Numbered from the whole stretch's first letter, positions 12,061 through 25,548 are shown. The stretch is 62,998 bases of DNA, filler included, from Octopus bimaculoides (GCF_001194135.2; 10 parts of 8 records of this genome joined end to end with filler, not necessarily neighbours in it), one strand, 5' to 3'. The notes: generated from the letters alone by a model not told the origin. Numbers and translations: made by a program.

Positions 12061-12698
12061 TGCTCTCATCGACTGTATTGTCGCCTATACGTGGGCTCTA
12101 GAGGCCAATAATTTAGGTTATTATTATTATTATTATTGTCATTATTATTATTATTATTATTATTGGTAGTAGTAATAGTAGTAGTATCTGTAGTACATGC
12201 TGCTGTTGCAGTTGTCGCAGCCGTTGTTTCTCTTGTGGTAGCTGAAAGAAGCGGATGTGTAGGTGACAAGGAGAAGGAGAAGTAGGAGGAAAAGAAATGA
12301 TCAACAGAAAAGAAACTTATGCAGACGCAGCGTTCGTGTTGTAGGAGACATAGAAAAGCGTAAAATAAATTACTCTGACATGGAAGGTGTTGCAAAATTT
12401 ACAAATGAAGAATGTAATTCACAATATACAATTAGAACGGAGAGCCATGAATGGTAATCAGCGTTGATCGAGAAGTAAACATACTAAATAGTATACAAAA
12501 GGATATACAAGTGAAGTCGTAAACTCGTGTACGTTCACTCATACTGAAAGACAGACTTATGTACATATATACACAGAATCATATACATTGATTACCAGNN
12601 NNNNNNNNNNNNNNNNNNNNNNNNNNNNNNNNNNNNNNNNNNTTAATTAATTAANNNNNNNNNNNNNNNNNNNNNNNNNNNNNNNNNNNNNNNNNNNN

Positions 12699-12756
<58 letters not shown>

Positions 12757-13044
12757 TTTCTGTCTTTCTATCACCTACTAAATACACACAGAACTGCCCA
12801 CACACCCAAATGAACATTTTGATTGGTGAAAATTGATAAACATCCTTCAGTTAAACATTCGTTACTTTCAACTCTAAAGCTACATCGCTGGAAGAAATGA
12901 AGGGATGAATTAAAACCCACGTGGTGTCCATTGATTAGACAGTCCTCAGGAGTGCGGACTATGTCGTAAGAAACATACGAAGTGATAAAAAGTGCATAAC
13001 GATGCATTTAAAGATTTATAAATTCCATCCTTAGATTATTATTA

Positions 13045-13062
13045 TTGTTATCATCATCATAA

Positions 13063-13102
<40 letters not shown>

Positions 13103-13408
13103 TACTATTATTATTATTATTATTCAGTAGTTTTATTTTTATAACGTGCTTTCACTTCACTACCGAGCGCAGCTCTGTGCGCCTTGGGTATGTGCTGTGG
13201 TTTGCTGTGGTGCTCTTATGTTTACTGTATTGAAAGTGTTTTGCGTAGAATGTGTGCAGTGCCCAGTAGTGCAATTTTCTGTATGTTATATATATTTGTA
13301 AGTCCTGGTGTTTTTGTTATGTATTTGTCTGAATATTTTTTTATTATACCTAAGGCACCTACTATGATAGGAATTGTTTCTGTTTTTAGATTCCACATTC
13401 GAGTTATC
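13045..13408 (-). mobile_element. 3' end of R4/Dong-like REL LINE with (TAA)n tail
   Basis: ITRMWNLKTETIPIIVGALGIIKK...IQKIALLGTAHILRKTLSIQ*, then a 3' UTR and (TTA)n on + at 13045-13125. Confidence 0.85.
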
Positions 13409-14256
13409 NNNNNNNNNNNNNNNNNNNNNNNNNNNNNNNNNNNNNNNNNNNNNNNNNNNNNNNNNNNNNNNNNNNNNNNNNNNNNNNNNNNNNNNNNNNN
13501 NNNNNNNNNNNNNNNNNNNNNNNNNNNNNNNNNNNNNNNNNNNNNNNNNNNNNNNNNNNNNNNNNNNNNNNNNNNNNNNNNNNNNNNNNNNNNNNNNNNN
13601 NNNNNNNNNNNNNNNNNNNNNNNNNNNNNNNNNNNNNNNNNNNNNNNNNNNNNNNNNNNNNNNNNNNNNNNNNNNNNNNNNNNNNNNNNNNNNNNNNNNN
13701 NNNNNNNNNNNNNNNNNNNNNNNNNNNNNNNNNNNNNNNNNNNNNNNNNNNNNNNNNNNNNNNNNNNNNNNNNNNNNNNNNNNNNNNNNNNNNNNNNNNN
13801 NNNNNNNNNNNNNNNNNNNNNNNNNNNNNNNNNNNNNNNNNNNNNNNNNNNNNNNNNNNNNNNNNNNNNNNNNNNNNNNNNNNNNNNNNNNNNNNNNNNN
13901 NNNNNNNNNNNNNNNNNNNNNNNNNNNNNNNNNNNNNNNNNNNNNNNNNNNNNNNNNNNNNNNNNNNNNNNNNNNNNNNNNNNNNNNNNNNNNNNNNNNN
14001 NNNNNNNNNNNNNNNNNNNNNNNNNNNNNNNNNNNNNNNNNNNNNNNNNNNNNNNNNNNNNNNNNNNNNNNNNNNNNNNNNNNNNNNNNNNNNNNNNNNN
14101 NNNNNNNNNNNNNNNNNNNNNNNNNNNNNNNNNNNNNNNNNNNNNNNNNNNNNNNNNNNNNNNNNNNNNNNNNNNNNNNNNNNNNNNNNNNNNNNNNNNN
14201 NNNNNNNNNNNNNNNNNNNNNNNNNNNNNNNNNNNNNNNNNNNNNNNNNNNNNNNT

Positions 14257-14289
14257 TACTATTACTATTATTATTATTATTACTATTAC

Positions 14290-14352
<63 letters not shown>

Positions 14353-14358
14353 TATTAC

Positions 14359-14445
<87 letters not shown>

Positions 14446-14452
14446 TACTATT
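14257..14452. repeat. (TTA)n/(CTA)n microsatellite
   Basis: Direct inspection. Confidence 0.95.
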
Positions 14453-14760
14453 CGAGCTGGCAAGATTCGTTTCAACGCCGGGTGAAATGTTTAACGGTAT
14501 TTCGCCCGTCACTGCGTTCTGAGTTCAAATTCCGCCGACGTCGACTTTGCCTCTTATCGTTACGGGATCGATAAATTAAGTAAATGTGTATGTGTACTAT
14601 GTCGATCAGTCAATGGATAGAGAAAGGGTTGGGAGAGAGATTGGTTACATTATATAACCTATCAGAGCACAGTCCAGGAGGCAATTGTAAGTGATCGACT
14701 CACCCTCTCCCTACAAATTTCAGGTCCTCTGCTATTAGTAGAAAGGGTTATTATTACCAT
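14453..14760 (+). mobile_element. SINE family A with internal insertion
   Basis: cgagctggcaagattcgtt...ctgagttcaaattccgccgacgtcgactttgcc...gtagaaagggttattatt. Confidence 0.8.
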
Positions 14761-14945
14761 TATTATTATTACCACCATATATTTAGCCTATGTTATATCG
14801 GCACAGCTCGGTACAAATCCATAAAACCAGTGTTGCAAGTTGGTGTCATTAGGCCGTATCCGACATTATAAAATCGTAGTTTTTATATGCGTATTAAAAA
14901 ACATTTCCCATGAACGAACTTTATACATGTATATGTATATACATA

Positions 14946-15027
<82 letters not shown>

Positions 15028-15704
15028 CACGACGAGTTTTCACACAATATCAATCGATCAAATAAGGAAATGCATTTACGAGACATTGATTAGAACGGGG
15101 CTATATTAGAAGACACTTGGCCAACCGACGCGCAGTTGGATAATTTCGAAACCACGTGACTGCAAAGCTACCTTCTAAACCTCGCGGCCTTGTCTTCTTA
15201 CCGTAGTCTTCTTTTTTTGTATAGCTTTAATGAACTCCTATTGAAGCAATTTAAAATCAAAGATAATGGAATCTTGGAGCTCACGTTCTTATTGAGAACA
15301 TTCATGGCTGCTTATTTAGTGTGTTCCGTTTAAAATATCATAACTAAGGAGTTAAGTAATTTAAGAGTTATTTGGCTGCTATTTCTAGAAAACCAAATGT
15401 TGGTCTGTTGTTTTGAGCAGAAAGGACGCGATAACATTGCTGGTGGTTGTGGGGTAAAAGTGATAAACGTGGTGGCACTGAAAATTCTGTTTGTGGTACA
15501 GTGGATGTGATATAAATATGTAGGTCGTAGTAACGTAGTGGGAGGGGGAGAAGGAGGAGATGAAGAACCGTTTGACAGTTCGTTTTCGACCCCCACCCTA
15601 CTTCTTCCTCCCACGTCAAAGAAACATCGTGGGTTGAATATAGCAAAACTAATTCTCACAACTTTCAAGAGTATAAAATTTGCAGAATGTTAGCTGTGTA
15701 GTTA

Positions 15705-15722
15705 AAATGACGATGATGAAGT

Positions 15723-15761
<39 letters not shown>

Positions 15762-15825
15762 CGATGATGATGATGATGACGATGATGATGATGATGATGA
15801 CGATGATGATGATGATGATGATGAT
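15705..15825. repeat. (GAT)n microsatellite
   Basis: Direct inspection. Confidence 0.95.
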
Positions 15826-17055
15826 TATGCGGATTTTATGATAGGAGGGTTTATTGTTAGGTAATCGAGTCATAACAAACACTAACAAAAAGCGAAATAA
15901 AGAAATAAAAGAAATGACCTCTCTTCTCTCTCTCTCTCTCTCTCTCTCACAAACACACACGCACAAGCAGACAAACGCACACACACGCATACGTACACAC
16001 ATACAGCATATACCCTTAAGTATATATGCGTGTTTACTTATCGTTTGTTATGCTAGCACGCAGATATATTACTTACATACATACATGCATACATATATAT
16101 ATGTGTGTGTGTGTGTATCTACGAAATATATCTGCGTGTTTGTGTGTTTGCATAACAAAGGATAAACAGATATAGTTGTGTGTGTGTATATATATANNNN
16201 NNNNNNNNNNNNNNNNNNNNNNNNNNNNNNNNNNNNNNNNNNNNNNNNNNNNNNNNNNNNNNNNNNNNNNNNNNNNNNNNNNNNNNNNNNNNNNNNNNNN
16301 NNNNNNNNNNNNNNNNNNNNNNNNNNNNNNNNNNNNNNNNNNNNNNNNNNNNNNNNNNNNNNNNNNNNNNNNNNNNNNNNNNNNNNNNNNNNNNNNNNNN
16401 NNNNNNNNNNNNNNNNNNNNNNNNNNNNNNNNNNNNNNNNNNNNNNNNNNNNNNNNNNNNNNNNNNNNNNNNNNNNNNNNNNNNNNNNNNNNNNNNNNNN
16501 NNNNNNNNNNNNNNNNNNNNNNNNNNNNNNNNNNNNNNNNNNNNNNNNNNNNNNNNNNNNNNNNNNNNNNNNNNNNNNNNNNNNNNNNNNNNNNNNNNNN
16601 NNNNNNNNNNNNNNNNNNNNNNNNNNNNNNNNNNNNNNNNNNNNNNNNNNNNNNNNNNNNNNNNNNNNNNNNNNNNNNNNNNNNNNNNNNNNNNNNNNNN
16701 NNNNNNNNNNNNNNNNNNNNNNNNNNNNNNNNNNNNNNNNNNNNNNNNNNNNNNNNNNNNNNNNNNNNNNNNNNNNNNNNNNNNNNNNNNNNNNNNNNNN
16801 NNNNNNNNNNNNNNNNNNNNNNNNNNNNNNNNNNNNNNNNNNNNNNNNNNNNNNNNNNNNNNNNNNNNNNNNNNNNNNNNNNNNNNNNNNNNNNNNNNNN
16901 NNNNNNNNNNNNNNNNNNNNNNNNNNNNNNNNNNNNNNNNNNNNNNNNNNNNNNNNNNNNNNNNNNNNNNNNNNNNNNNNNNNNNNNNNNNNNNNNNNNN
17001 NNNNNNNNNNNNNNNNNNNNNNNNNNNNNNNNNNNNNNNNNNNNNNNNNNNNNNN

Positions 17056-17088
<33 letters not shown>

Positions 17089-17343
17089 TACTTGTGTGTA
17101 TGTATGTGTATCTGCGCGTGTCAGATTTTATTTGTATCAGTGCGTACGAGTGCGTGTCTGTGTTTGATAGTGTGTATGTATGTGGGTGTGTAATATTTAA
17201 AGATAATGCATATACTTACATTTATATGCACACATATATGCACATACACACAATGACACATATATGTGTATGTCCCTAACGTTATATTTTTTTGTATACG
17301 GATGAGTTTGTGTATATAGCTTTATATTAATATATATCATCTA

Positions 17344-17478
17344 TGAGTTCAAATTCCGTCGAGGTTCACTTTACCTTTCATCCTTTCTGGGTCGATAAAT
17401 TAAGTACCAGTTGCGCACTGGAGTCGATCTAACCGACTGGCGCCCTGCCCCAAAATTTCGACATAAACGTCGAGTTAG
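17344..17478 (+). mobile_element. 5'-truncated SINE family A
   Basis: tgagttcaaattccgtcgaggttcactttacctttcatcctttctgggtcgataaattaagtacc. Confidence 0.85.
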
Positions 17479-17838
17479 AATAGAGGCAGCTGATGAAGGA
17501 ATAATTCCAAGTGGCTTTCTGTTTTCCTATGTGGTCGTTCCGTTGTCTATAGTTCATTGTTCTAACGTCCTGTACCCTGATATGCATCTATATACACATG
17601 TAGATGTAAGTATGTACATATATGTGTGTATACTTGCATATGTATTCTTTGTATATATATANNNNNNNNNNNNNNNNNNNNNNNNNNNNNNNNNNNNNNN
17701 NNNNNNNNNNNNNNNNNNNNNNNNNNNNNNNNNNNNNNNNNNNNNNNNNNNNNNNNNNNNNNNNNNNNNNNNNNNNNNNNNNNNNATATATATATATATA
17801 CGTATATAAGTATATATGCTTGTATATCTATTTCTCAG

Positions 17839-17870
<32 letters not shown>

Positions 17871-18853
17871 TGCATGCATGTATTCATGTATGTATGTATG
17901 TACATTTGTATGTATCTATGCATGCGTGTATGTATGTATCTATCTATGTTTAGGTAGGTAAATATTCATGCGTGTATATTAATAAATTCCATTGAATACA
18001 TACCGATATACAAACACACACATACGCACACGGTTATACACGCACACACGCATTCAACCCGCACACATACACACGCATACATACATACATGTACACACAC
18101 ACTCATACATACACTAGACACTCAAACACATATAGGATATATATTTTGGCTTGGAATCTACGCAGAAAGAGAAGAAAACACGAGCAAAAAAACCCCAGAA
18201 AATACTCCACACAGATTTGTGTTTCTTTTGTACAATGTACTAACGATAGAATTGAGATAGAACACAAATAGCAATAACATTTCTAAAATAAAAACAAAAG
18301 ACAAACATACAAACAAACAAAAAATATAAAAGCATGAAGCAAGTCAAAACCAACAATGAATGAGAGCAATATTCAGAGAACTGAGGTGAAATCAATGCTA
18401 AAACTAAACAAGAAATCAAGTAAGCCACTAAGGAAAATGATTATTAATACAATAGCGTTATAGAGTAAACAGAAATTTCTGCTTGCTATGACTAAGAGAA
18501 ATTCTGAGAAACATTGCCTTCTAGACTATGTTCTGATAGGTTATATAATGCAACCAATCTCTCTGTCCCGAGACACGCACACTTCTGCACGCACGCACAA
18601 GGGCGCACACGCACAAGGGCGCACACGCACGCACATATACAAAGCTTTTAGAGAAGTTAGCTTTAGAGAATCAAGCGGTTTTCACAGTAAGCTCTCCATT
18701 CGGTTCCTTCTATTTATTCCAGTCATTATACTGCGGCCATTCTGTGGTAGCGTATTTTTATTTCTGTTAGATATCTTTTGCAGATTTGAGCTTCTTAACC
18801 ACTTCGCCATGCTTGTGACTGGGTAAGTGTGCACATGCATTTAGTATCCATCC

Positions 18854-18916
<63 letters not shown>

Positions 18917-18917
18917 A

Positions 18918-18959
<42 letters not shown>

Positions 18960-19186
18960 TTAAGTATGTATGTGTGAGTGTATGTAGAATAGTGGCAGCT
19001 GATGAAGGAAATGTACTCTATGTGGCCTGTTTGTTTTCTGTGCTCTGTATATGGTCTTTTTTCATTTTTGTTCACGTTTTTTTGTGACGTCCTGTACCCA
19101 GATATGCATCTATATATACTTGTAGATGTAGGTATGTACATACATGTACGTATATATGCATATACTCACATATTATTTATGTACCG

Positions 19187-19869
19187 ATGCACCCTAGAAT
19201 TACTTTAAAAGACCATAAAGATAATTTTTATTCTGACCCTAAAGTTAGGCTTATTTGTCCTTGTAAGTCAGATCTAGGTAAATTAAGTATAATAATTTTA
19301 GATAAATATATTAACAAATTAAATGGAATTAATTATCTTAAATTATGGAATTCCACAGTAGATACTTTAAATTGGTTTAATAGTATTAATGATAAAAATA
19401 GGTATAAATTTATTNNNNNNNNNNNNNNNNNNNNNNNNNNNNNNNNNNNNNNNNNNNNNNNNNNNNNNNNNNNNNNNNNNNNNNNNNNNNNNNNNNNNNN
19501 NNNNNNNNNNNNNNNNNNNNNNNNNNNNNNNNNNNNNNNNNNNNNNNNNNNNNNNNNNNNNNNNNNNNNNNNNNNNNAATTATTATTCTTCCATAAATGA
19601 AATTGTACTAAATAAGGCCCTAATTTTTGCTATGAAGAAAGTAGGTATGACTTACGATGAAGTAAATGTAGTTAAAATGGCTAGGAAATCATTGATTAAA
19701 TATGATAATAAATTGTAGGCTAGAAAATATACCAGAGATTATTTCGATATACCAATGGGGGCGCCTGATTCAGCACAGGTAACTGATTTAGTAGGTATAT
19801 ATTTATTATCTGAACTTGAACTTGAAAACTTAAAATTGGAGGGTGGTTTATATAGGGATGACCTTTTAT
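19187..19869 (+). mobile_element. Penelope-like element reverse transcriptase fragment (gap inside, one stop)
   Basis: ITLKDHKDNFYSDPKVRLICPCKSDLGKLS...WNST..NWF; after the gap YFDIPMGAPDSAQVTDLVGIYLL...GGLYRDD. Confidence 0.9.
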
Positions 19870-20288
19870 NNNNNNNNNNNNNNNNNNNNNNNNNNNNNNN
19901 NNNNNNNNNNNNNTTAATTAATTAANNNNNNNNNNNNNNNNNNNNNNNNNNNNNNNNNNNNNNNNNNNNTTTTTTTAGGCACATGCATGTGTGTGCTTCA
20001 GCAGCTTTCTCTGCAACCATGTGGTTTCGGGCTCAGTCCCATGTCGCATCACGGTAGACAAGCGTCTTCTAGTGTAACCCCGAGCCGACTAATGTTTAGT
20101 GACCTGTAGGAACACGGTATTTCGTTATGCTACCATAATATACTACAAAGTATATTAAACATCTTTACAAGTCAATACCCTGTACTACTGTGTTAGCAAT
20201 GCCATTACATCATTTATTAAGGCTTTCTCTACAAATTTTCTATAAAAATTAAAGCCAGCACTGATTTGAAGTTAGAAAAATAAGTAAT

Positions 20289-20338
20289 AGGTGTATATGC
20301 ATATTTCAGGACTTTTTTCTCCTTCATCAGTAGCACCC
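20289..20338 (-). ncRNA. Type-I hammerhead ribozyme motif
   Basis: GGGUG-c-UA-CUGAUGA-AGGA(gaaaaaag)UCCU-GAAA-U(augc)A-UA/UACACCU. Complete core; 4-bp helix II closed by A-U; helix I 7 bp with one bulge. Confidence 0.65.
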
Positions 20339-20667
20339 ATTCAACCCACGAACTCATTGCTTAAATAGCCATTAAATATAGCAGTGTATAGTCATTGGAT
20401 ATACTGTAACAATAATTTCTATAGAAAGTCTGTAGAGATAACATTAACAAGTAATACTTTGTGAGTGAATTCGGCTGACGGAAACTGTGTGGAAGCCCTC
20501 ATATGTATGTATGTATGTATGTATGTATGTGCGTGTGTGCCCGTCTTTGTATTCCCCACCACCACTTGACAAGCTTACGCACCCGTAACGTACGTAGCAT
20601 TGCCGTAGTCCAATGAGTGAAGCACGTAAAATATAGAAAATAAAGGGATACATACATATACGTATGT

Positions 20668-21053
20668 GGAGGCGCAATGGCCCAGTGGTTAGGGCAGCGG
20701 ACTCGCGGTCATAGGATCGCGGTTTCGATTCCCAGACCGGGCGTTGTGAATGTTTATTGAGCGAAAACACCTAAAGCTCCACGAGGCTCCGGCAGGGGAT
20801 GGTGGCGAACCCTGCTGTACTCTTTCACCACAACTTTCTCTCACTCTTTACTTCCTGTTTCTGTTGTGCCTGTAATTCAAAGGGGCCAGCCTTGTCACAC
20901 TGTGTCACACTGAATATTCCCGAGAACTACGTTAAGGGTACACGTGTCTGTGGAATGCTCAGCCACTTGCACGTTAATTTCATGAGCAGGCTGTTCCGTT
21001 GATCGGATCAACTGGAACCCTCGACGTCGTAAGCGACGGAGTGCCAACAACAA
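20668..21053 (+). mobile_element. Full-length young tRNA-derived SINE family C with target-site duplication
   Basis: A-box-like tggcccagtggttagg, B-box ggtttcgattccc, (CAA)n tail; perfect 14-bp TSD acatatacgtatgt (20654-20667 / 21053-21066). Confidence 0.92.
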
Positions 21054-21074
21054 CATATACGTATGTAGGTAAAT

Positions 21075-21164
21075 TTTCTTACAGCTGTTTCTAGTATAGA
21101 CGAACATGTGGATGATGGTGTTGAATAAGGATTTTATAAGCTGGGTATTCCATCATCGGAGAGA
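21075..21164 (-). ncRNA. Hammerhead ribozyme relic (U4C core change)
   Basis: UCUCU-CCGAUGA-uggaaua...uauacua-GAAA-CAGCU-GUA/AGAAA; helix III is the palindrome ACAGCUGU. Confidence 0.5.
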
Positions 21165-21299
21165 GAGAAATAAGAAAATATAGAAATGAAGAATATCCTC
21201 AATTGAGGATATTAGAAATTTCCAGTTCGTCGAGAAATTAATGAACGACTAGAATGAAATATATATGTGTTTGGTAATATATATATATATATATCAGTT

Positions 21300-21395
21300 C
21301 CTGCGCAAGTATATTTTACTATAGCCTCGGGCCGACCAAAGCCTTGTGAATGGATTTGGTAGACGGAAACTGAAAAAGCCCGTCATGTATACACG

Positions 21396-21489
<94 letters not shown>

Positions 21490-21700
21490 TCTGTCTGTGC
21501 CTTTGTGTTTGTCACCCCATCGCCGCTTGACAACTGGTATTGGTGTGTCTATGTCCCCGTATCGTAGCGGTTGGGCTAAAGAGACCGATAGAATAAGTCC
21601 CAGGCTCCAAAAAATAAGACCTGGGGTCGATTTGTTTGACAAAAACCCTTGAAGGCGGTGCTCCAGCATGGCCGCAGTGAAATGACGGAAAGAAGTAACA
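21300..21700 (+). mobile_element. SINE family B, 5'-truncated, with internal (CA)(TA)(TG) expansion
   Basis: tactatagcctcgggccgaccaaagccttgtg...aaggcggtgctccagcatggccgcag. Confidence 0.9.
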
Positions 21701-22112
21701 GAATATTATTATATGAATATCTATCGAATTCGCTCACAAGGCAGCATTAGTCGGCCCAGGGCTATAATAGAAGAAACTAACCAAGGTGTCATGCAGTGGG
21801 CCTGAACCCAAAAACATGTGGCTGGGATGTAGATTTCTTACGACACAGTTATGCCAGCAGCGCCTTCTGCATTAAGACCATACAGTTAAGTATTGTTACC
21901 GTACACGCATTCTTATTCTCCGCCTACTTCTCTTACACTATATCCCCCTCACTCACACTTTGTTGCTTATTCTCTTTCTTTCCATCTCTCCCTCCCTCCT
22001 TCCCTGCCTCCCNNNNNNNNNNNNNNNNNNNNNNNNNNNNNNNNNNNNNNNNNNNNTTAATTAATTAANNNNNNNNNNNNNNNNNNNNNNNNNNNNNNNN
22101 NNNNNNNNNNNN

Positions 22113-22402
22113 TTAACCGGTCCGTCCGTCCAGCGTCCCACTACGGAGTCACTGTTGGACGGTATGGGCTTGCTTCTCCAGGTGCCGAGTAACAAACCCA
22201 CTGACTTTTCCGGGTTAATTTTTGCTCCTGTCACCGTTTCGTATTGTTTAAGTGTCTCGCCTAGCATCTCGACGTGCTTTTCGCTCGACACTATGACGGT
22301 GACATCGTCCGCATATGCAGACACGCTCGTCCCGCAACCCAGCTCTCGTGGGATACCCCTCAGTGTCGCCAGCTTCCGCAGTAGTGGTTCGATCGTCAAT
22401 AC
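22113..22402 (-). mobile_element. Tx1/L1-like LINE RT fragment
   Basis: YVLTIEPLLRKL...VSAYADDVTVIV...TGAKINPEKSVGLLLGTW; homologous to 35780-36050. Confidence 0.9.
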
Positions 22403-23494
22403 ATAGATAGATAGATAGATAGATACAGACATATAGGTATATAGGCTGAAAGAAAGAAAGAAGCTGGGAGAGGTGTGCATACGTAGCATAAAATTTACTG
22501 TGTTAATTATTTCCCTAAATACAGTGTAGCTGAGATTAACTGCATTTATATTATCTATAAATCTGATAAAGCAATTTTTTAATTGAAATGAATTGAATAA
22601 AGAGTTAGTATAAAATTTAGAGATTAGAGAACCAGACTGCAAACTAATTTGTGCATAATTAATTAGCCATAATAGTTAAGCATGTAATCAGTGTTAAATC
22701 TGTTAATAACAAATAGCAATATCAATGCTAAAATCAAAATTAACGCAACACGATTGAATTAAGAATATTACATTTCATAAATATTTTTGTTTTTCTGATT
22801 AAGTAACCTCGAAATTATCTGGTCTGAAATGTGACTATTTGATTTAGTGTGCTATGCTACAACTCTAGTATACAGGGATTCCGATGTGTCGCTCCAATCT
22901 TTCGACTTACGTGTAAGTTAAGACAATGTTTTAAGCGTTTGTTATTTTATTATTGACAACCAAGAAATAGGTCGGTACAGTAACACATTAGTCAAGAGGA
23001 TTTAAAGAAGAGTTTCTAGAAATTCACTAGCAGAATCTTTCAATTTTTATAAATTCGGAACAAATGATTTAAGATCATTTTAAAGGACAGAGTTAATTAA
23101 CTCAAGAAAACAAAACTGAAAAGAATATTCTCAGCTCTTTTGAAGTTTTTGAGGTTGGATAAATGAAATAAATATTATTCCAAGTAGCTGGTAGCTACAA
23201 GAATAGTTATTTGATTAATGTTTCCTTATCTTAGACATTTTGAAGCTTAATCATGAAATAAGAGAGATGCACTAATGTATCTTTTGTAAAAATAATGTTA
23301 ATCCTGTTTGACTCAGCACAATCCATTGATAAATATTACTGATATCCTAACAAAGATACGTAATAAACTCATATCTCTTTGAAAGTTTCTACTTAGACGC
23401 TCTTCAAATAAGAGAGCCTTCATATTCTGCTTTGTCGATATGCATTCGACAAACATTCATTTAAAATTTATACTCCTGTGTTGTCTTCTTTGAC

Positions 23495-23547
<53 letters not shown>

Positions 23548-24294
23548 NNNNNNNNNNNNNNNNNNNNNNNNNNNNNNNNNNNNNNNNNNNNNNNNNNNNN
23601 NNNNNNNNNNNNNNNNNNNNNNNNNNNNNNNNNNNNNNNNNNNNNNNNNNNNNNNNNNNNNNNNNNNNNNNNNNNNNNNNNNNNNNNNNNNNNNNNNNNN
23701 NNNNNNNNNNNNNNNNNNNNNNNNNNNNNNNNNNNNNNNNNNNNNNNNNNNNNNNNNNNNNNNNNNNNNNNNNNNNNNNNNNNNNNNNNNNNNNNNNNNN
23801 NNNNNNNNNNNNNNNNNNNNNNNNNNNNNNNNNNNNNNNNNNNNNNNNNNNNNNNNNNNNNNNNNNNNNNNNNNNNNNNNNNNNNNNNNNNNNNNNNNNN
23901 NNNNNNNNNNNNNNNNNNNNNNNNNNNNNNNNNNNNNNNNNNNNNNNNNNNNNNNNNNNNNNNNNNNNNNNNNNNNNNNNNNNNNNNNNNNNNNNNNNNN
24001 NNNNNNNNNNNNNNNNNNNNNNNNNNNNNNNNNNNNNNNNNNNNNNNNNNNNNNNNNNNNNNNNNNNNNNNNNNNNNNNNNNNNNNNNNNNNNNNNNNNN
24101 NNNNNNNNNNNNNNNNNNNNNNNNNNNNNNNNNNNNNNNNNNNNNNNNNNNNNNNNNNNNNNNNNNNNNNNNNNNNNNNNNNNNNNNNNNNNNNNNNNNN
24201 NNNNNNNNNNNNNNNNNNNNNNNNNNNNNNNNNNNNNNNNNNNNNNNNNNNNNNNNNNNNNNNNNNNNNNNNNNNNNNNNNNNNNNNNNNNNNN

Positions 24295-24352
<58 letters not shown>

Positions 24353-25517
24353 ACATAAACACACACATATATATAAAGACACACACACACATACACAGAT
24401 GTATACATACATATATGCATACATACATACACACATTTATGTACACATATATGTGTTTGTGTGCGTATGCGTAGATACATATCATACCTAAAGTTTTGTT
24501 AGACGCACAAAGTATTACTTCTCATTTAATGATTGTTAGTTATGATAATTAAACATATTTATTGTAAGAAGAAACACGTATTATACTATTATATTTCTTC
24601 TGATAATAAACAAGCTTAATAATATATTTCTCAAATTAGATGAAACGTAAATAGATTATAACAAGATATTCAACACGGTAGAAGATCAATAAAGTTACAA
24701 TAAACTGGAGAAGTGGATAAGAAAGAAGACAGCGAGAAAATCGTGGATTCATTACAAGACATTTTAACCAGGAGCAATATAAATTCAAACCTATAATTAG
24801 GAACCATATTAAATATGACGTGAGTGAATGTCAAATTATTCTGAATCAAGAGGCGAAAGACAAAAGTATAAATCAACTCCATCTCCATGAATATTTCTGC
24901 ATAGCAACAAAATTTTCATATGGGCAACTAGAAATATTGAGACTTGGGAATCATTTTCCGTTATCAGGCGGACCACACTACAAAAAATATTCTAGGTAAT
25001 TTTTCAATTGGCGTATCATTCAGGAAGTCCCACGGGCCGTACATACACACGAATACAGAGAAGCTTGCCAGGGAGAAATAATATGCAAAAATAAATTAAT
25101 ATAATTTCTATTTTGCATGTGGCTATCTCGTACGAAGTTTCCTTCCCATCCACATGGTCGCGAGTTCAGTCCCACTGTGTGACATCTTGCGCAAATGTAT
25201 TCTAATATAACCCCGAGCCGATCAAAGCCTTGTGAGAGAATCAGGTAGACGGAAATTGAGAAAGCTTAGCGTCTANNNNNNNNNNNNNNNNNNNNNNNNN
25301 NNNNNNNNNNNNNNNNNNNNNNNNNNNNNNNNNNNNNNNNNNNNNNNNNNNNNNNNNNNNNNNNNNNNNNNNNNNATATATATATATATATATACAGAGA
25401 GATAGAGAGAGAGAGAGAGAGAAAGAAGGGAAGAGATAGAGGGGAGAGAGCTACATACATATATATACACACATACATATATACATACACACACACATGC
25501 ATACATACATACATACA

Positions 25518-25544
<27 letters not shown>

Positions 25545-25548
<4 letters not shown>

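Noticed and set aside
18240-18428. Signal-peptide-like ORF MAYLISCLVLAL
   Set aside because: GTG start, short, runs into T-rich low complexity.
20668-20745. tRNA-like sequence with A and B boxes
   Set aside because: SINE head, not a tRNA gene: continues into a SINE body with tail and TSD.
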